This document shows, piece after piece, positions 41,956 to 50,842 of a DNA stretch of 57,804 bases. The translations under genes and the position numbers were made by a program. The DNA comes from a virus, in the IMG/VR virus record IMGVR_UViG_3300045988_015817. One strand, written 5' to 3'. Below the pieces are notes generated by a model. It saw only the letters and a program-made list of their open reading frames with translations. It was not told the origin of the DNA and searched no databases. Position 1 is the stretch's first letter. Every line of letters starts with the position of its first letter.

Positions 41956-43207
41956 TTTGAATTCCTCCTTCTGTTTTTTCACCATCTACCGAAGTCATAT
42001 CATTTGACTGATCGATTTCGGCATTTGATTGTGAAATGTTATTATTTATTAATTGATCTGCCTTAGGATCATCTACTGGCCTATATCCAATTACTTGCCT
42101 GAACTCATTAGATGTCATGATACAGTTTCTCGTGAACTTATCAGCAAGCTCTGCAAGATTTGTAGTAGACACCAGTTTGAATGGGTCCCTGAAATATTTA
42201 ATGGCATGTCCTTTAGTACGGGCTGTCTTAGTTAAGAACTTTCGATTCATCTCATCCACAACTGCTGCAAGTATTGGCTCGACTATACGATTGTAGTAAT
42301 TATTCATCGTGTTCTCATCCGCTGTGCCATTTAGAATCTCCACAGTCATTCCCAATTGTGAGAACAATAGATTTGTGAAGTACTCTACCTGTTTGAGTAA
42401 GTTATTTTCAATAGACCTATTGAGTTGTGTTATATGCTCAGTAGAATCGATGTAAGCAATGCCATATTCGGAGTTTGCCAACTGATCGGTCAGCTCCTTA
42501 CGGCGTTCTCTTGCCTGTTCCCTTTTCAATTCAGACTTAATCGTGTATGGCAACTGAATAATCAAATCCAGTTTGTTAGAACCGCTTCGATCATCAATGA
42601 AGTCAAGAATCGACAGCTTTCTTTTCAAACGATGTGCTGTTGAATTTTGCTCATTCATAATTGCATAGAACGGGTTCTCGACAATCGCCACCATTTTCTT
42701 TGGTAGATCAAGTTCCTCGAATTTGCCAGTATTGTCATTGTATATTCGCACTCTAACAGAATGAGGATACCAATTGATTATAGTGGCTGTGCGCATTGAC
42801 TGAATATCATAGACATTGCCATGCACAGGGTCCATAGTTGTATCGACTGGAACTATAGCAACACATCCTTCGTCGAGAAGCTTCAAGACAATATCCTGTT
42901 TGAATGCTCGGGATGCCTGATCGATATTAGCTTCTGTTGTAAGGCAATAATTAATCCCGTCTTCCACATTTTCAGTAAACCTTTTATTATTATCCAACAT
43001 GACGTGCTCTATATCTACTGCTGCAACATCCGTAGATATCTTATTGTAGATCGTTGTTACGATTGATCGTTCATTACCTCTCGTCAGTCTAGGGCGAGAT
43101 GGATTATCATAGCTAGCTGTTCCAAGACCAGTTCCATAAAGATACTGTGTCGGATCTTTGTTCATGAACGCATTCCAGCCATGCTTTAATCTGTTTATAA
43201 AACTCAT
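41945..43207 (-). CDS. Portal protein (420 aa)
   Basis: Size and position directly after TerL; SD-led. Confidence 0.75.
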   Translation of the reverse strand: MSFINRLKHGWNAFMNKDPTQYLYGTGLGTASYDNPSRPRLTRGNERSIVTTIYNKISTDVAAVDIEHVMLDNNKRFTENVEDGINYCLTTEANIDQASRAFKQDIVLKLLDEGCVAIVPVDTTMDPVHGNVYDIQSMRTATIINWYPHSVRVRIYNDNTGKFEELDLPKKMVAIVENPFYAIMNEQNSTAHRLKRKLSILDFIDDRSGSNKLDLIIQLPYTIKSELKREQARERRKELTDQLANSEYGIAYIDSTEHITQLNRSIENNLLKQVEYFTNLLFSQLGMTVEILNGTADENTMNNYYNRIVEPILAAVVDEMNRKFLTKTARTKGHAIKYFRDPFKLVSTTNLAELADKFTRNCIMTSNEFRQVIGYRPVDDPKADQLINNNISQSNAEIDQSNDMTSVDGEKTEGGIQNGN

Positions 43208-43218
43208 GTATAATCTCC

Positions 43219-44961
43219 TTATTCAAATGCATCTTTGTTTACTTTATATGCAACAAGCGCATCCATTAACGCTGATACATTGTCAATTTTGTCTTCGTAA
43301 CGTTTCTTGTACAATTTTCTGTTTCCATTTGTATCTTCTAATGTTATACAATGACCCATACAGAAACTCATCAAAGATTCGTCGAATATCAGCATTCTCT
43401 TTTCAGATAATTTCTTTATTTCTCCAAGAGGAACTGTTTCAGTTCTTACACCCTGTGGAACTTTCTCGATGCCAAATGATCCATTCTCCTGGGCCCACCT
43501 TTCAATGAACTCTTTGGCATTATACGGATCGTATCCAAGAGAGCAAACTTCGTATTGAGAATCTATTATGAATTTGTCAAGGTCGTCATACACCTCTTGC
43601 ACATTGATGATTGACCCCTCCATAACAACAAGCGTACCTTCGTCGATAAACTCTTGATACTTTTGTCTCATTGCTAGGTTCAACTTACTCAAGGTAAGTG
43701 TAGTTATATAACTTCTAACTTTAACTCCAAACATCCCGTTCCGAAGTGGAAACAAGAATGTGAAAGCACAGAAGTCATCACCTTGGGAAAGGTCTGCTCC
43801 CATTGAGCACTGCATCTTCCAAAAGCTTCTACGTCTATGCGGAAGCGTTTCTTCGTAAGAGAAATAATATGTATATCCCTCCATAGGAATTCCGAAACGT
43901 TTTGCCAGAATATCATTTCTTGTAGCCGGTGCTTTCTCAGCTCGTTCAACGTCTTGCTGGATTGTCTCATAACTAACTGTTATCGGTAGGTTAGGATTAG
44001 CCTTAGGCCACATGTCTGGGTCTCCGACTTCCTCTATGCTATCAAGCCTGTAATACCAAATACTAGTATGCCAGTTCTGGTATTCACCTTTGAGAATGTC
44101 CATCAGTTCCATTTTGATGGCATCTCCACATCCATTGCGGACGGTACCTTCCGAACTTACAGCTAAGATTACATATCCCTCTATTTTGGCTGCGCCCTGC
44201 TCAATAGCGCCAATTGGATCTTCTCTCAAATCGCCTGAGAGCCATTCATCAAGTGTTGCTACTTTTACTCGTAATCCCTGAAGTTTGTTAATACTCAAGG
44301 GTTTTATCTCTAGTAATGAATCAGTAAGAAAGTTCTGTATACCTTTTTTGGTACATGCAAGCTTAACACGGTTCGCTTTGGAACCGGTAGTATTTTGAAT
44401 AGAGCCTTCTGTCAAGAATTTGAACATAGGCCCTCTCGCTCTTGCTATGGCAGTGCTAATCGCACTTGTAACCTCTTCAGCCTGTTTCATTGTTGGGGCT
44501 ATTGTAATCTGATGTGTCGTTGTTGTATCGACTGTCAGAAAATAAGCTTGCACTAAACTCTCGTATAACGATTTCGCATTACTTCGAGAAATGATAAGAT
44601 ACTGTTTGTTGACGAGACGCTTTTTGACTGATTTCCTTACGAAATGTCCTCCTCGTCCAGAATCGTTTGGTTCATATACAGTTTTCTCAACGTAATAGAA
44701 CCAACCAAATAATTGCTCTCCCCAAAGTTTAAACGTATCCAACAGTTCCAAGTCTGATCCATCTGTCAAGACCATTTCAGACTCACAGAAAGCAATCCAA
44801 CCTTCTACAGCATTGTCGTCATAGTATACACCGGGGTTAGCTATCAGCCAATCAATACGGTTCATCTCCATAGAGATCTCCCTGTTGACAGGAATCTCTC
44901 CATCAAGAACTTTATCTCGGAACTCCCCGTAGTACCTAGGCGTTGCCGTATTGCTTAGCAT
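43219..44961 (-). CDS. terL: Terminase large subunit (580 aa)
   Basis: N-terminal ATPase-like and C-terminal nuclease-like halves, ending KIDNVSALMDALVAY. Position before the portal. Confidence 0.85.
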   Translation of the reverse strand: MLSNTATPRYYGEFRDKVLDGEIPVNREISMEMNRIDWLIANPGVYYDDNAVEGWIAFCESEMVLTDGSDLELLDTFKLWGEQLFGWFYYVEKTVYEPNDSGRGGHFVRKSVKKRLVNKQYLIISRSNAKSLYESLVQAYFLTVDTTTTHQITIAPTMKQAEEVTSAISTAIARARGPMFKFLTEGSIQNTTGSKANRVKLACTKKGIQNFLTDSLLEIKPLSINKLQGLRVKVATLDEWLSGDLREDPIGAIEQGAAKIEGYVILAVSSEGTVRNGCGDAIKMELMDILKGEYQNWHTSIWYYRLDSIEEVGDPDMWPKANPNLPITVSYETIQQDVERAEKAPATRNDILAKRFGIPMEGYTYYFSYEETLPHRRRSFWKMQCSMGADLSQGDDFCAFTFLFPLRNGMFGVKVRSYITTLTLSKLNLAMRQKYQEFIDEGTLVVMEGSIINVQEVYDDLDKFIIDSQYEVCSLGYDPYNAKEFIERWAQENGSFGIEKVPQGVRTETVPLGEIKKLSEKRMLIFDESLMSFCMGHCITLEDTNGNRKLYKKRYEDKIDNVSALMDALVAYKVNKDAFE

Positions 44962-44976
44962 TTACATCACCTACTT

Positions 44977-45390
44977 CTAAATTACTTTATTTGTATATTC
45001 GAATGCTTTTTCAAGAGATTTAGATCCTATAAAATCTGCTGCGGAATTTACTGCTTTTCCATTAATATAATTGATACCTCTGTCGAATGCTTTTTCTATA
45101 TATGGTTTTGCTTTTGCTGTTGCAACTGATGTGATTAAAACGCCAGCTGTTTTTGCAATTGTTTTTCCTTGTTTTTTCATTTTTGAAATTTTACTTGGGT
45201 TGTTTTTTAAATATTCTCTTTCGAGATTTGATCGTCGATTTGCGGCTATCAATTCCTGGTCAGTCATACTCTTGACTTTTGTTTTTACCGATTCCGATCT
45301 TAAACTTTGTTTCGGATCTTTGCCAGAACCCCAAGGATATCGACCAGAATGACGTTTAGTTCCATAATGAGCTAAGTAGTCATTATTCAT
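44977..45390 (-). CDS. Hypothetical head-module protein sharing an N-terminal YLAHYGT.RHSGRYPWGSG motif with the RNAP-like protein (137 aa)
   Basis: Start moved to MNNDYLAHYG (AGGAAAGAG SD). Basic middle section and a hydrophobic segment. Confidence 0.7.
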   Translation of the reverse strand: MNNDYLAHYGTKRHSGRYPWGSGKDPKQSLRSESVKTKVKSMTDQELIAANRRSNLEREYLKNNPSKISKMKKQGKTIAKTAGVLITSVATAKAKPYIEKAFDRGINYINGKAVNSAADFIGSKSLEKAFEYTNKVI

Positions 45391-45757
45391 TTTGTCTCTT
45401 TCCTTTCTCATCATCAGCTGAAACAGGATAGTACATTATATACAATCTCCATTCCATTTCCTTAAGTTGCTCTTTTAAACTATCCATTAACGAACCACTT
45501 GTTGGTGGGTCGAATAACAGACGAGTTTTGATGTACACATAATCTTTTATCAAACTTGACTTCTGAGTGTCCTCTTCGAATTCACTCCAGACATTATCTG
45601 GACCAGTGATTCGGTATCCTTCTTTCGGACCAACTCCTAATTGAGTGAGAGCTGCAAATGCAGAATTGATATGAATGGTTAAATCCAAGTCAAACTGCTC
45701 AAAGTCGTCAGGACATCCAATAAGCTGCTTGATAGTCTTAAGAATGCTCTCTTCCAT
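45383..45757 (-). CDS. gp6-like head-tail connector / DNA-packaging protein (124 aa)
   Basis: Start moved to MEESILK (GAGGAGG SD). ILKTIKQLIG..FDLDL..HINSAF..LTQLGVGP..YVYIKTRLLFDPP..EMEWRL resembles the Phage_connect_1 family. Confidence 0.65.
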   Translation of the reverse strand: MEESILKTIKQLIGCPDDFEQFDLDLTIHINSAFAALTQLGVGPKEGYRITGPDNVWSEFEEDTQKSSLIKDYVYIKTRLLFDPPTSGSLMDSLKEQLKEMEWRLYIMYYPVSADDEKGKRQNE

Positions 45758-45768
45758 TGAATTCCTCC

Positions 45769-46257
45769 TCAATGTTTCCAAGGGCATGTATCATTTGGTC
45801 TCCTTATTACAGGGCCGCTACGAACATTTGTATCGTGTCCATAGTGTATGGCATTATGTGTTCGATGGGTTGTCGTCACAACGTTATTCATGTCGAATAC
45901 CATTGGGTCTCGGTTAAGTATCATCTCTTTGGTAACTGGATTTATGTGATGTATCAACGGTCGTGTTTGTATCTCGTATCCTTCAACACCTAAATCGCAA
46001 CCGCCATCTCTGATAATTACTTTATGACGAAACTCTCTCCATTCGCCTGATGAATATAATGCCTGATTAACCCATCGGTCATAGCCAAATGTCTCATACC
46101 CAACTGAACCAGACAGCATTAAGTATTGCAGCCGTTCTTCAAACGTAGGATACATGATCATTTCCAAATATGATCGTGACATTGGACTTGATCTACTCAT
46201 CTTCGATACCCTGGTATCTACGCATTGCTTCAATTGCTGCAGCGTATCTCTCTTCAC
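45769..46257 (-). CDS. HNH endonuclease (start uncertain; probably an internal ATG near 46200 or 46182)
   Basis: Contains DGGCDLG..IHHINP..N..THRTHNAIH. Adjacent to the packaging genes, as in HNH-dependent cos phages. Confidence 0.75.
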   Translation of the reverse strand: MKRDTLQQLKQCVDTRVSKMSRSSPMSRSYLEMIMYPTFEERLQYLMLSGSVGYETFGYDRWVNQALYSSGEWREFRHKVIIRDGGCDLGVEGYEIQTRPLIHHINPVTKEMILNRDPMVFDMNNVVTTTHRTHNAIHYGHDTNVRSGPVIRRPNDTCPWKH

Positions 46258-46519
46258 TCTTAGCAGAAGCTTCCAATGAATCGATTTTGGCTTTTGTCTG
46301 CTTAGTTTCTTCTCTGAGCTTGTCCTGTTCCAGCTGCTCTCTTGAAGAACCGAGTTTTAAGAAATGCGTAATGACCTGTGATGAGGCTGTGCCTTCACGT
46401 AACTGCTTTTCAGCAGCATCGAGTGAAAGATTGATCAAGTACTGTTCCCTGTCTTCAGGAGTCATAGGAACCCTTGAACGCTTCTTTGCGGAAGTAGCTG
46501 TCGCTGCTCTTCTTCCCAT
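46193..46519 (-). CDS. Possible small terminase / packaging-associated helical protein (108 aa, position-based call)
   Basis: The track start is a TTG, moved to ATG 46519 (AGGAG SD). It is the first gene after the 332-nt noncoding region. Basic N-terminus and a coiled coil. Confidence 0.35.
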   Translation of the reverse strand: MGRRAATATSAKKRSRVPMTPEDREQYLINLSLDAAEKQLREGTASSQVITHFLKLGSSREQLEQDKLREETKQTKAKIDSLEASAKSEERYAAAIEAMRRYQGIEDE

Positions 46520-46872
46520 ATACTTTTGTCTCCTTTCCAATATCTTTTGCCGAGATGTTGAATACTTTACGTACTCTCTATAAGAGATCTAGGTATGTTT
46601 TAATAACCCTGAAAGGAGTCTTCAACTGAAAGAGGGCCCTTCTATGTGCGACAAAAGAAGACCAAGATCCCTTATAGAGAGGGCGTAAAGCTGTCAATCT
46701 AAAATCCATTTTGACAGGATTTTGACCCCCGGAGAATTTTTAAGGAGGCCGGCGATGACGAAGGGGGTGCTATTTTGACGACCCCCCCGGGGTGCTTGCT
46801 GAGACGTGCGAACGCTATAGTGAGTCCTTCGTGCTTGCGAAAGCTCTAAAACGTTCGAATCTCAGCAATTGT

Positions 46873-47214
46873 TTACTTGTTACTATGAATCTTTGGCTTG
46901 GTTTCACCATTAACACGAGTTACTTTGAAATACTGTCCCATAAAATCATTCTTGAGAATCTTGTCAATAGCAATCGATAAGAGTGCTTCATATGTTTCGT
47001 CACTCATGTCCGATGTATCAACATCAAAGTATCTCGCCAAATACCCTGAAGTGCAATAACCTTTGGACTCGTCGAATCTGTACCAATTGTCGAAGTCATC
47101 AAAAGGATCAAAGGGGTTGTCTACTGTTGTGATCCAGATATGCAATGTATCTTTGGAATCAGTAGGACTTTGTGTAGCTAACTTCAGAGATCCGCCGTCT
47201 TTTGAATTTCTCAT
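46873..47214 (-). CDS. Hypothetical acidic protein (113 aa)
   Basis: SD-led track ORF. Confidence 0.75.
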   Translation of the reverse strand: MRNSKDGGSLKLATQSPTDSKDTLHIWITTVDNPFDPFDDFDNWYRFDESKGYCTSGYLARYFDVDTSDMSDETYEALLSIAIDKILKNDFMGQYFKVTRVNGETKPKIHSNK

Positions 47215-47230
47215 TCCCTTATTCTCCTTT

Positions 47231-49930
47231 CTATAAATATTTGTTGACAGTTGATACAGAAAGTCCAGTTGCTTCAGCTACTTCGGCTTGCGTATAACCA
47301 AAGTTAAGCATAGACTTTATCCTTGCTGCTTGAGAAGCACTAACAGTAACTGTATTCTTCGGCGATGCAAGCTGCTTTACTCTGTCTGAATCAGCATTGT
47401 TAAGTATTTGTGTAAGCTTTGATGTGCTGACAGCACCAGCTTGAATTGCAGCCCATTCTCTGTCTGTGATGTCAACTTGTACATTAGACTTAGAAGCACC
47501 AACCTTTGCTCTAGCTGCAGTTAAAGCCTGCTGACCAGCTCGTTTGATCTCATCTGCTGTCCAATCTGGATTAGCTGCCTGCTTCTGCTTTAATGTCTTA
47601 TTAGCAATGATCTGTGCCTGTCTCTCTTTTGGTGCATTCTGTAATGCTCTATTTAGCTTAGCATTAAGACTAGCTACTTCTGCTGCATATACTTTCTTTG
47701 CCTGTGCATTTGTTTCAATATTCTTAGTAGCTACAAGATTCTTTCGTGCTATGTTTGCCATGGATTTAAGGGAGTTGGCATAGTCCGCATAGGCAACCTC
47801 TTTAGGATTAGGGTTCTTCGACAGTAATGTACGGGCATCATTTGTAGCTGCCATCTTAGAGGTCTTGACAGTTGCAACTTTCTCACCTTTAGATTCCCAT
47901 ACCCCGTCTTTATTTCTTTTCCAGTCCGTATAGGTACGCCCCGTAGGCTCCAGATGTACTTCACCAGTCTTAGGATCAATGTCCTTCAAACGAATCTGTT
48001 TTGTTTCAGGAACATAGGCTACTGATTTAGCCCGGGAGAGTAGGGTGGATGCACCTGCATCACTACTACCCTGGTACTTCTTCTTAAGTTCAGCAATACG
48101 GTTTTCCTCGTAGGACCTCTTATAGTCCAAGCCGTGCTTCGGTGCGTCAATAACGACCATCGAATGCCGTACAGCTCTTGCAATTTCATCAGGCTTTGCA
48201 CCCTTCAATGTCATATCAGTAATCAGGTTGGAGATCTTACCCATTTCCAAACCTTTACGTTTCTCTGGGAGTTTTGCTGTAACTCCTTCAACACCACGAT
48301 ACACAATCTTAGGATCGAAGTCCTTAAGACCAGTGTATTCACTAATGTCAGATGTAGTAATCTTAACTTTAGATCTCGGTGAATTAGAAGGAATAACTAC
48401 TGCTGTATCTCCATCAAAGTCAGCTCCTGACAATCTTTCTGCAACCTTAGCATTGATACCAACTGCATCGATCGCATTGCCAAGCATAGACTTTCCTTGA
48501 GGATTCTTATTGTTTACTTTAAGCTCAGGTATCTCGAATGTTCCTCCATGAGGGAATCGAACAAGACACACAGTTTCACCATTCTTGTATGATGGTGCAT
48601 AGATCTCGTTATCCTTCAAAGAAGATACAGGTAAGATTACCTTTGCACTCTGTCTTGGAAGTGCTGCTGCTTTAAGATCTACTGCCTGGCTGTTGCAACC
48701 TTCGGCAAAGTCCGCAAGCAGTTTACGCTTAACAACAGGGTTTGTCATTTTGAGGATCTTATCAAGCTCATCCTGTCTATTATCAATTGATAACTTAAGC
48801 TGCTTCTTAATCAATGGGAGCTGCTGTTTTGATAGGAACTGAGAAGCAAGGTTCTTAGAATAGTGGTCCCAATCGCCTTCTTCCTTAAGCTTGTTGATAG
48901 CTCCTAATTTTGTGTTGCCATCTTTATCTTTGTAATGGTACTGTCCATTCGCTTTGATTGTTGCTCCAAACGGGTTGTCTGGATCGTCTTTCATCTTTTT
49001 GAAGACGTCCATCTTTGGTACATCACTTGTTTTGTTGGTATTGAACACAACATCCACACCTTTTGGCATGTTGTCCGAGTAGATTGCCATACCTTTAAGG
49101 TAGTGTGTTCCATCGACAGCGATTCTTACCTGTGCATAATGTGAGTCGCCAAGGTCAAGGTCAGCAATTCCTCTTCGAAGCTCAATGACTCCATCTTTCT
49201 CCAGTCCACCTTTGTCGCCGTATCTTACAGCAACACGGCTTGATGAAATACTTGATGGGTATTCAGGAGCCCAGAATGTTTCTCCACCATCATGAGAATA
49301 CTCTTCCAATGGCTGGATTCTTTCAGTATGCTGCTGTACATCTTTCCATTCAGTTCCTGGAGGGCAAAGGACTTTAGTAGTCGTATATTGCCCTTTTTGG
49401 TTGATCTGTGGAACTTTGACTGAATGCACTTCATAACCTGCTTCTTTTAAGATCTGCAGAGATACATCCAATCTTGTTTTGGTGATACCGATTTCTCTTT
49501 CAACACCGGTACCAACATCTACAAAGTTCTTAGTTCCAACTTTCTTTGCTAAAGCTTCAGCTGTGTTGATACATGTGTCTTCCTTAAGTTTTTCGCCTTG
49601 GTTCAGTAACGATCGAACTGTTGACTCTTTCGATGCTGAATTGAACATAAGCTCAGCTATTTTGACGTTAGAGTAGCCATGCTCTTTTAACTTCATAGCT
49701 CTGTTGATTCGATCAACTTTCTCAGCATTTACATAAATTGACTGCTTGTTTCGGAACTCAGTTGTTTTCAAGCCCATAGATGCAGCGATCTCTTTCTCGC
49801 TTTTACCTTTAGCTTTCATTTCCTTTACAGTCTTTAAGAAGTCTGCATTGTGCTGATAAGGGTTGTCTCCTGAACCCCAAGGATATCTCCCCGAATGCCG
49901 AGGAGTACCGTAGTGTGCTAAGTAGCTCAT
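47231..49930 (-). CDS. Putative single-polypeptide two-barrel RNA polymerase (YonO / RdRP-like) with terminal HTH regions (899 aa)
   Basis: VCLVRFPHGG..(40 aa)..LSGADFDGDTAVVI (DFDGD at 48407..48421) resembles the beta-prime/RdRP catalytic DPBB. Upstream RYGDKGGLEKDGVIEL resembles the beta-type DPBB. C-terminal HTH: GYTQAEVAEATGLSVSTVNKYL. Confidence 0.6.
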   Translation of the reverse strand: MSYLAHYGTPRHSGRYPWGSGDNPYQHNADFLKTVKEMKAKGKSEKEIAASMGLKTTEFRNKQSIYVNAEKVDRINRAMKLKEHGYSNVKIAELMFNSASKESTVRSLLNQGEKLKEDTCINTAEALAKKVGTKNFVDVGTGVEREIGITKTRLDVSLQILKEAGYEVHSVKVPQINQKGQYTTTKVLCPPGTEWKDVQQHTERIQPLEEYSHDGGETFWAPEYPSSISSSRVAVRYGDKGGLEKDGVIELRRGIADLDLGDSHYAQVRIAVDGTHYLKGMAIYSDNMPKGVDVVFNTNKTSDVPKMDVFKKMKDDPDNPFGATIKANGQYHYKDKDGNTKLGAINKLKEEGDWDHYSKNLASQFLSKQQLPLIKKQLKLSIDNRQDELDKILKMTNPVVKRKLLADFAEGCNSQAVDLKAAALPRQSAKVILPVSSLKDNEIYAPSYKNGETVCLVRFPHGGTFEIPELKVNNKNPQGKSMLGNAIDAVGINAKVAERLSGADFDGDTAVVIPSNSPRSKVKITTSDISEYTGLKDFDPKIVYRGVEGVTAKLPEKRKGLEMGKISNLITDMTLKGAKPDEIARAVRHSMVVIDAPKHGLDYKRSYEENRIAELKKKYQGSSDAGASTLLSRAKSVAYVPETKQIRLKDIDPKTGEVHLEPTGRTYTDWKRNKDGVWESKGEKVATVKTSKMAATNDARTLLSKNPNPKEVAYADYANSLKSMANIARKNLVATKNIETNAQAKKVYAAEVASLNAKLNRALQNAPKERQAQIIANKTLKQKQAANPDWTADEIKRAGQQALTAARAKVGASKSNVQVDITDREWAAIQAGAVSTSKLTQILNNADSDRVKQLASPKNTVTVSASQAARIKSMLNFGYTQAEVAEATGLSVSTVNKYL

Positions 49931-50493
49931 TCTATGCCCTCCTCTTTCTTAACGGATACGATAATCTTGTCGAATGACTTGATCTTGTCCATAATTGGCA
50001 GTATGATGTCCGGTGTAGGAATCTCTTTAAGAATCTCATTATTTTGATAGATCCTTAACTCGATCCCAATATCTCCAGGTTTGATTCCATACTCTAAGCA
50101 GAACAGTGCAGTATAGATTTCCAACTGCTGCATGTGTGCAGGAATGTCACCTGTTTTCAAATCATGAATTCTAAGAAAGTCTTTAGCAAACTTAATTGCG
50201 TCTGCTGTGCCGAAACAATTCTCAGAATAATATAACACCTGCTCTGGTGTCATTCTATATCCAATTGCATCATTGACATGCATGTTAAGTGTTAAAGGTG
50301 ATCTTGGCAATCTCTGTCTAAGCTTAATACATTTTGCTGCAAACTCATGTAACTCTGTACCTTGTCGAGCTTTCAGAAATCTGCGATATGTGTGTTCAAG
50401 TTTCTCGGAATCGTAGTTTAGCCAATGATAGGAGCTAGCCCCGAGATATGCGTGATCTCCTTCTTTTACTTGTGAATGTTTCCTGAATTCCAT
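49927..50493 (-). CDS. PD-(D/E)XK (RecB/Cas4-like) nuclease (188 aa)
   Basis: Start moved to MEFRKH (AGGAGG SD). Motifs GTADAI .. IHDLKTG .. QQLEIY (QxxxY). Confidence 0.6.
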   Translation of the reverse strand: MEFRKHSQVKEGDHAYLGASSYHWLNYDSEKLEHTYRRFLKARQGTELHEFAAKCIKLRQRLPRSPLTLNMHVNDAIGYRMTPEQVLYYSENCFGTADAIKFAKDFLRIHDLKTGDIPAHMQQLEIYTALFCLEYGIKPGDIGIELRIYQNNEILKEIPTPDIILPIMDKIKSFDKIIVSVKKEEGIE

Positions 50494-50761
50494 TATAAAC
50501 CTCCTGCTTATTTTGCGGATAGATGAAACTTCCATATTGTCCCATTTCATTCGCTTTATTTACATAATAATCCTGGTTGGGTCTGTGACTTGCTTCGGCA
50601 TCTCTTTTAACTTCGAGTAATGCCCAGCCATCTCTATCCAATAAAACCAAATCAGGAATCCCCTGTTTGTAGTTAGGGTCGTTCTTTAAAATAATAGAAT
50701 CTGGAAATAACTCATTTAATTCTGAAATTATATCAGATTGAATTTTGTTTTCTTTTTTCAT
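50435..50761 (-). CDS. VRR-NUC domain nuclease (108 aa)
   Basis: Start moved to MKKENK (AAAGGAG SD). Contains GIPDLVLL..WALLEVK...NQ. Confidence 0.65.
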   Translation of the reverse strand: MKKENKIQSDIISELNELFPDSIILKNDPNYKQGIPDLVLLDRDGWALLEVKRDAEASHRPNQDYYVNKANEMGQYGSFIYPQNKQEVYNGIQETFTSKRRRSRISRG

Positions 50762-50842
50762 TGTTCTCCTTTCGTAGGGCCGGAGGTAAACGTAATGGCA
50801 GATTGTATTTTTAATAAGGAGGTAATACAACAAATTCAAAAG

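Noticed and set aside
46741-46781. Plus-strand SD+ATG mini-ORF (taaggaggccggcgATGacgaagggggtgctattttga, 7 codons) in the 46.5-46.9 kb noncoding region
   Set aside because: It is too short to evaluate, it would be the only plus-strand gene in the genome, and the sequence is more plausibly part of the GC-rich repeat and structure region.
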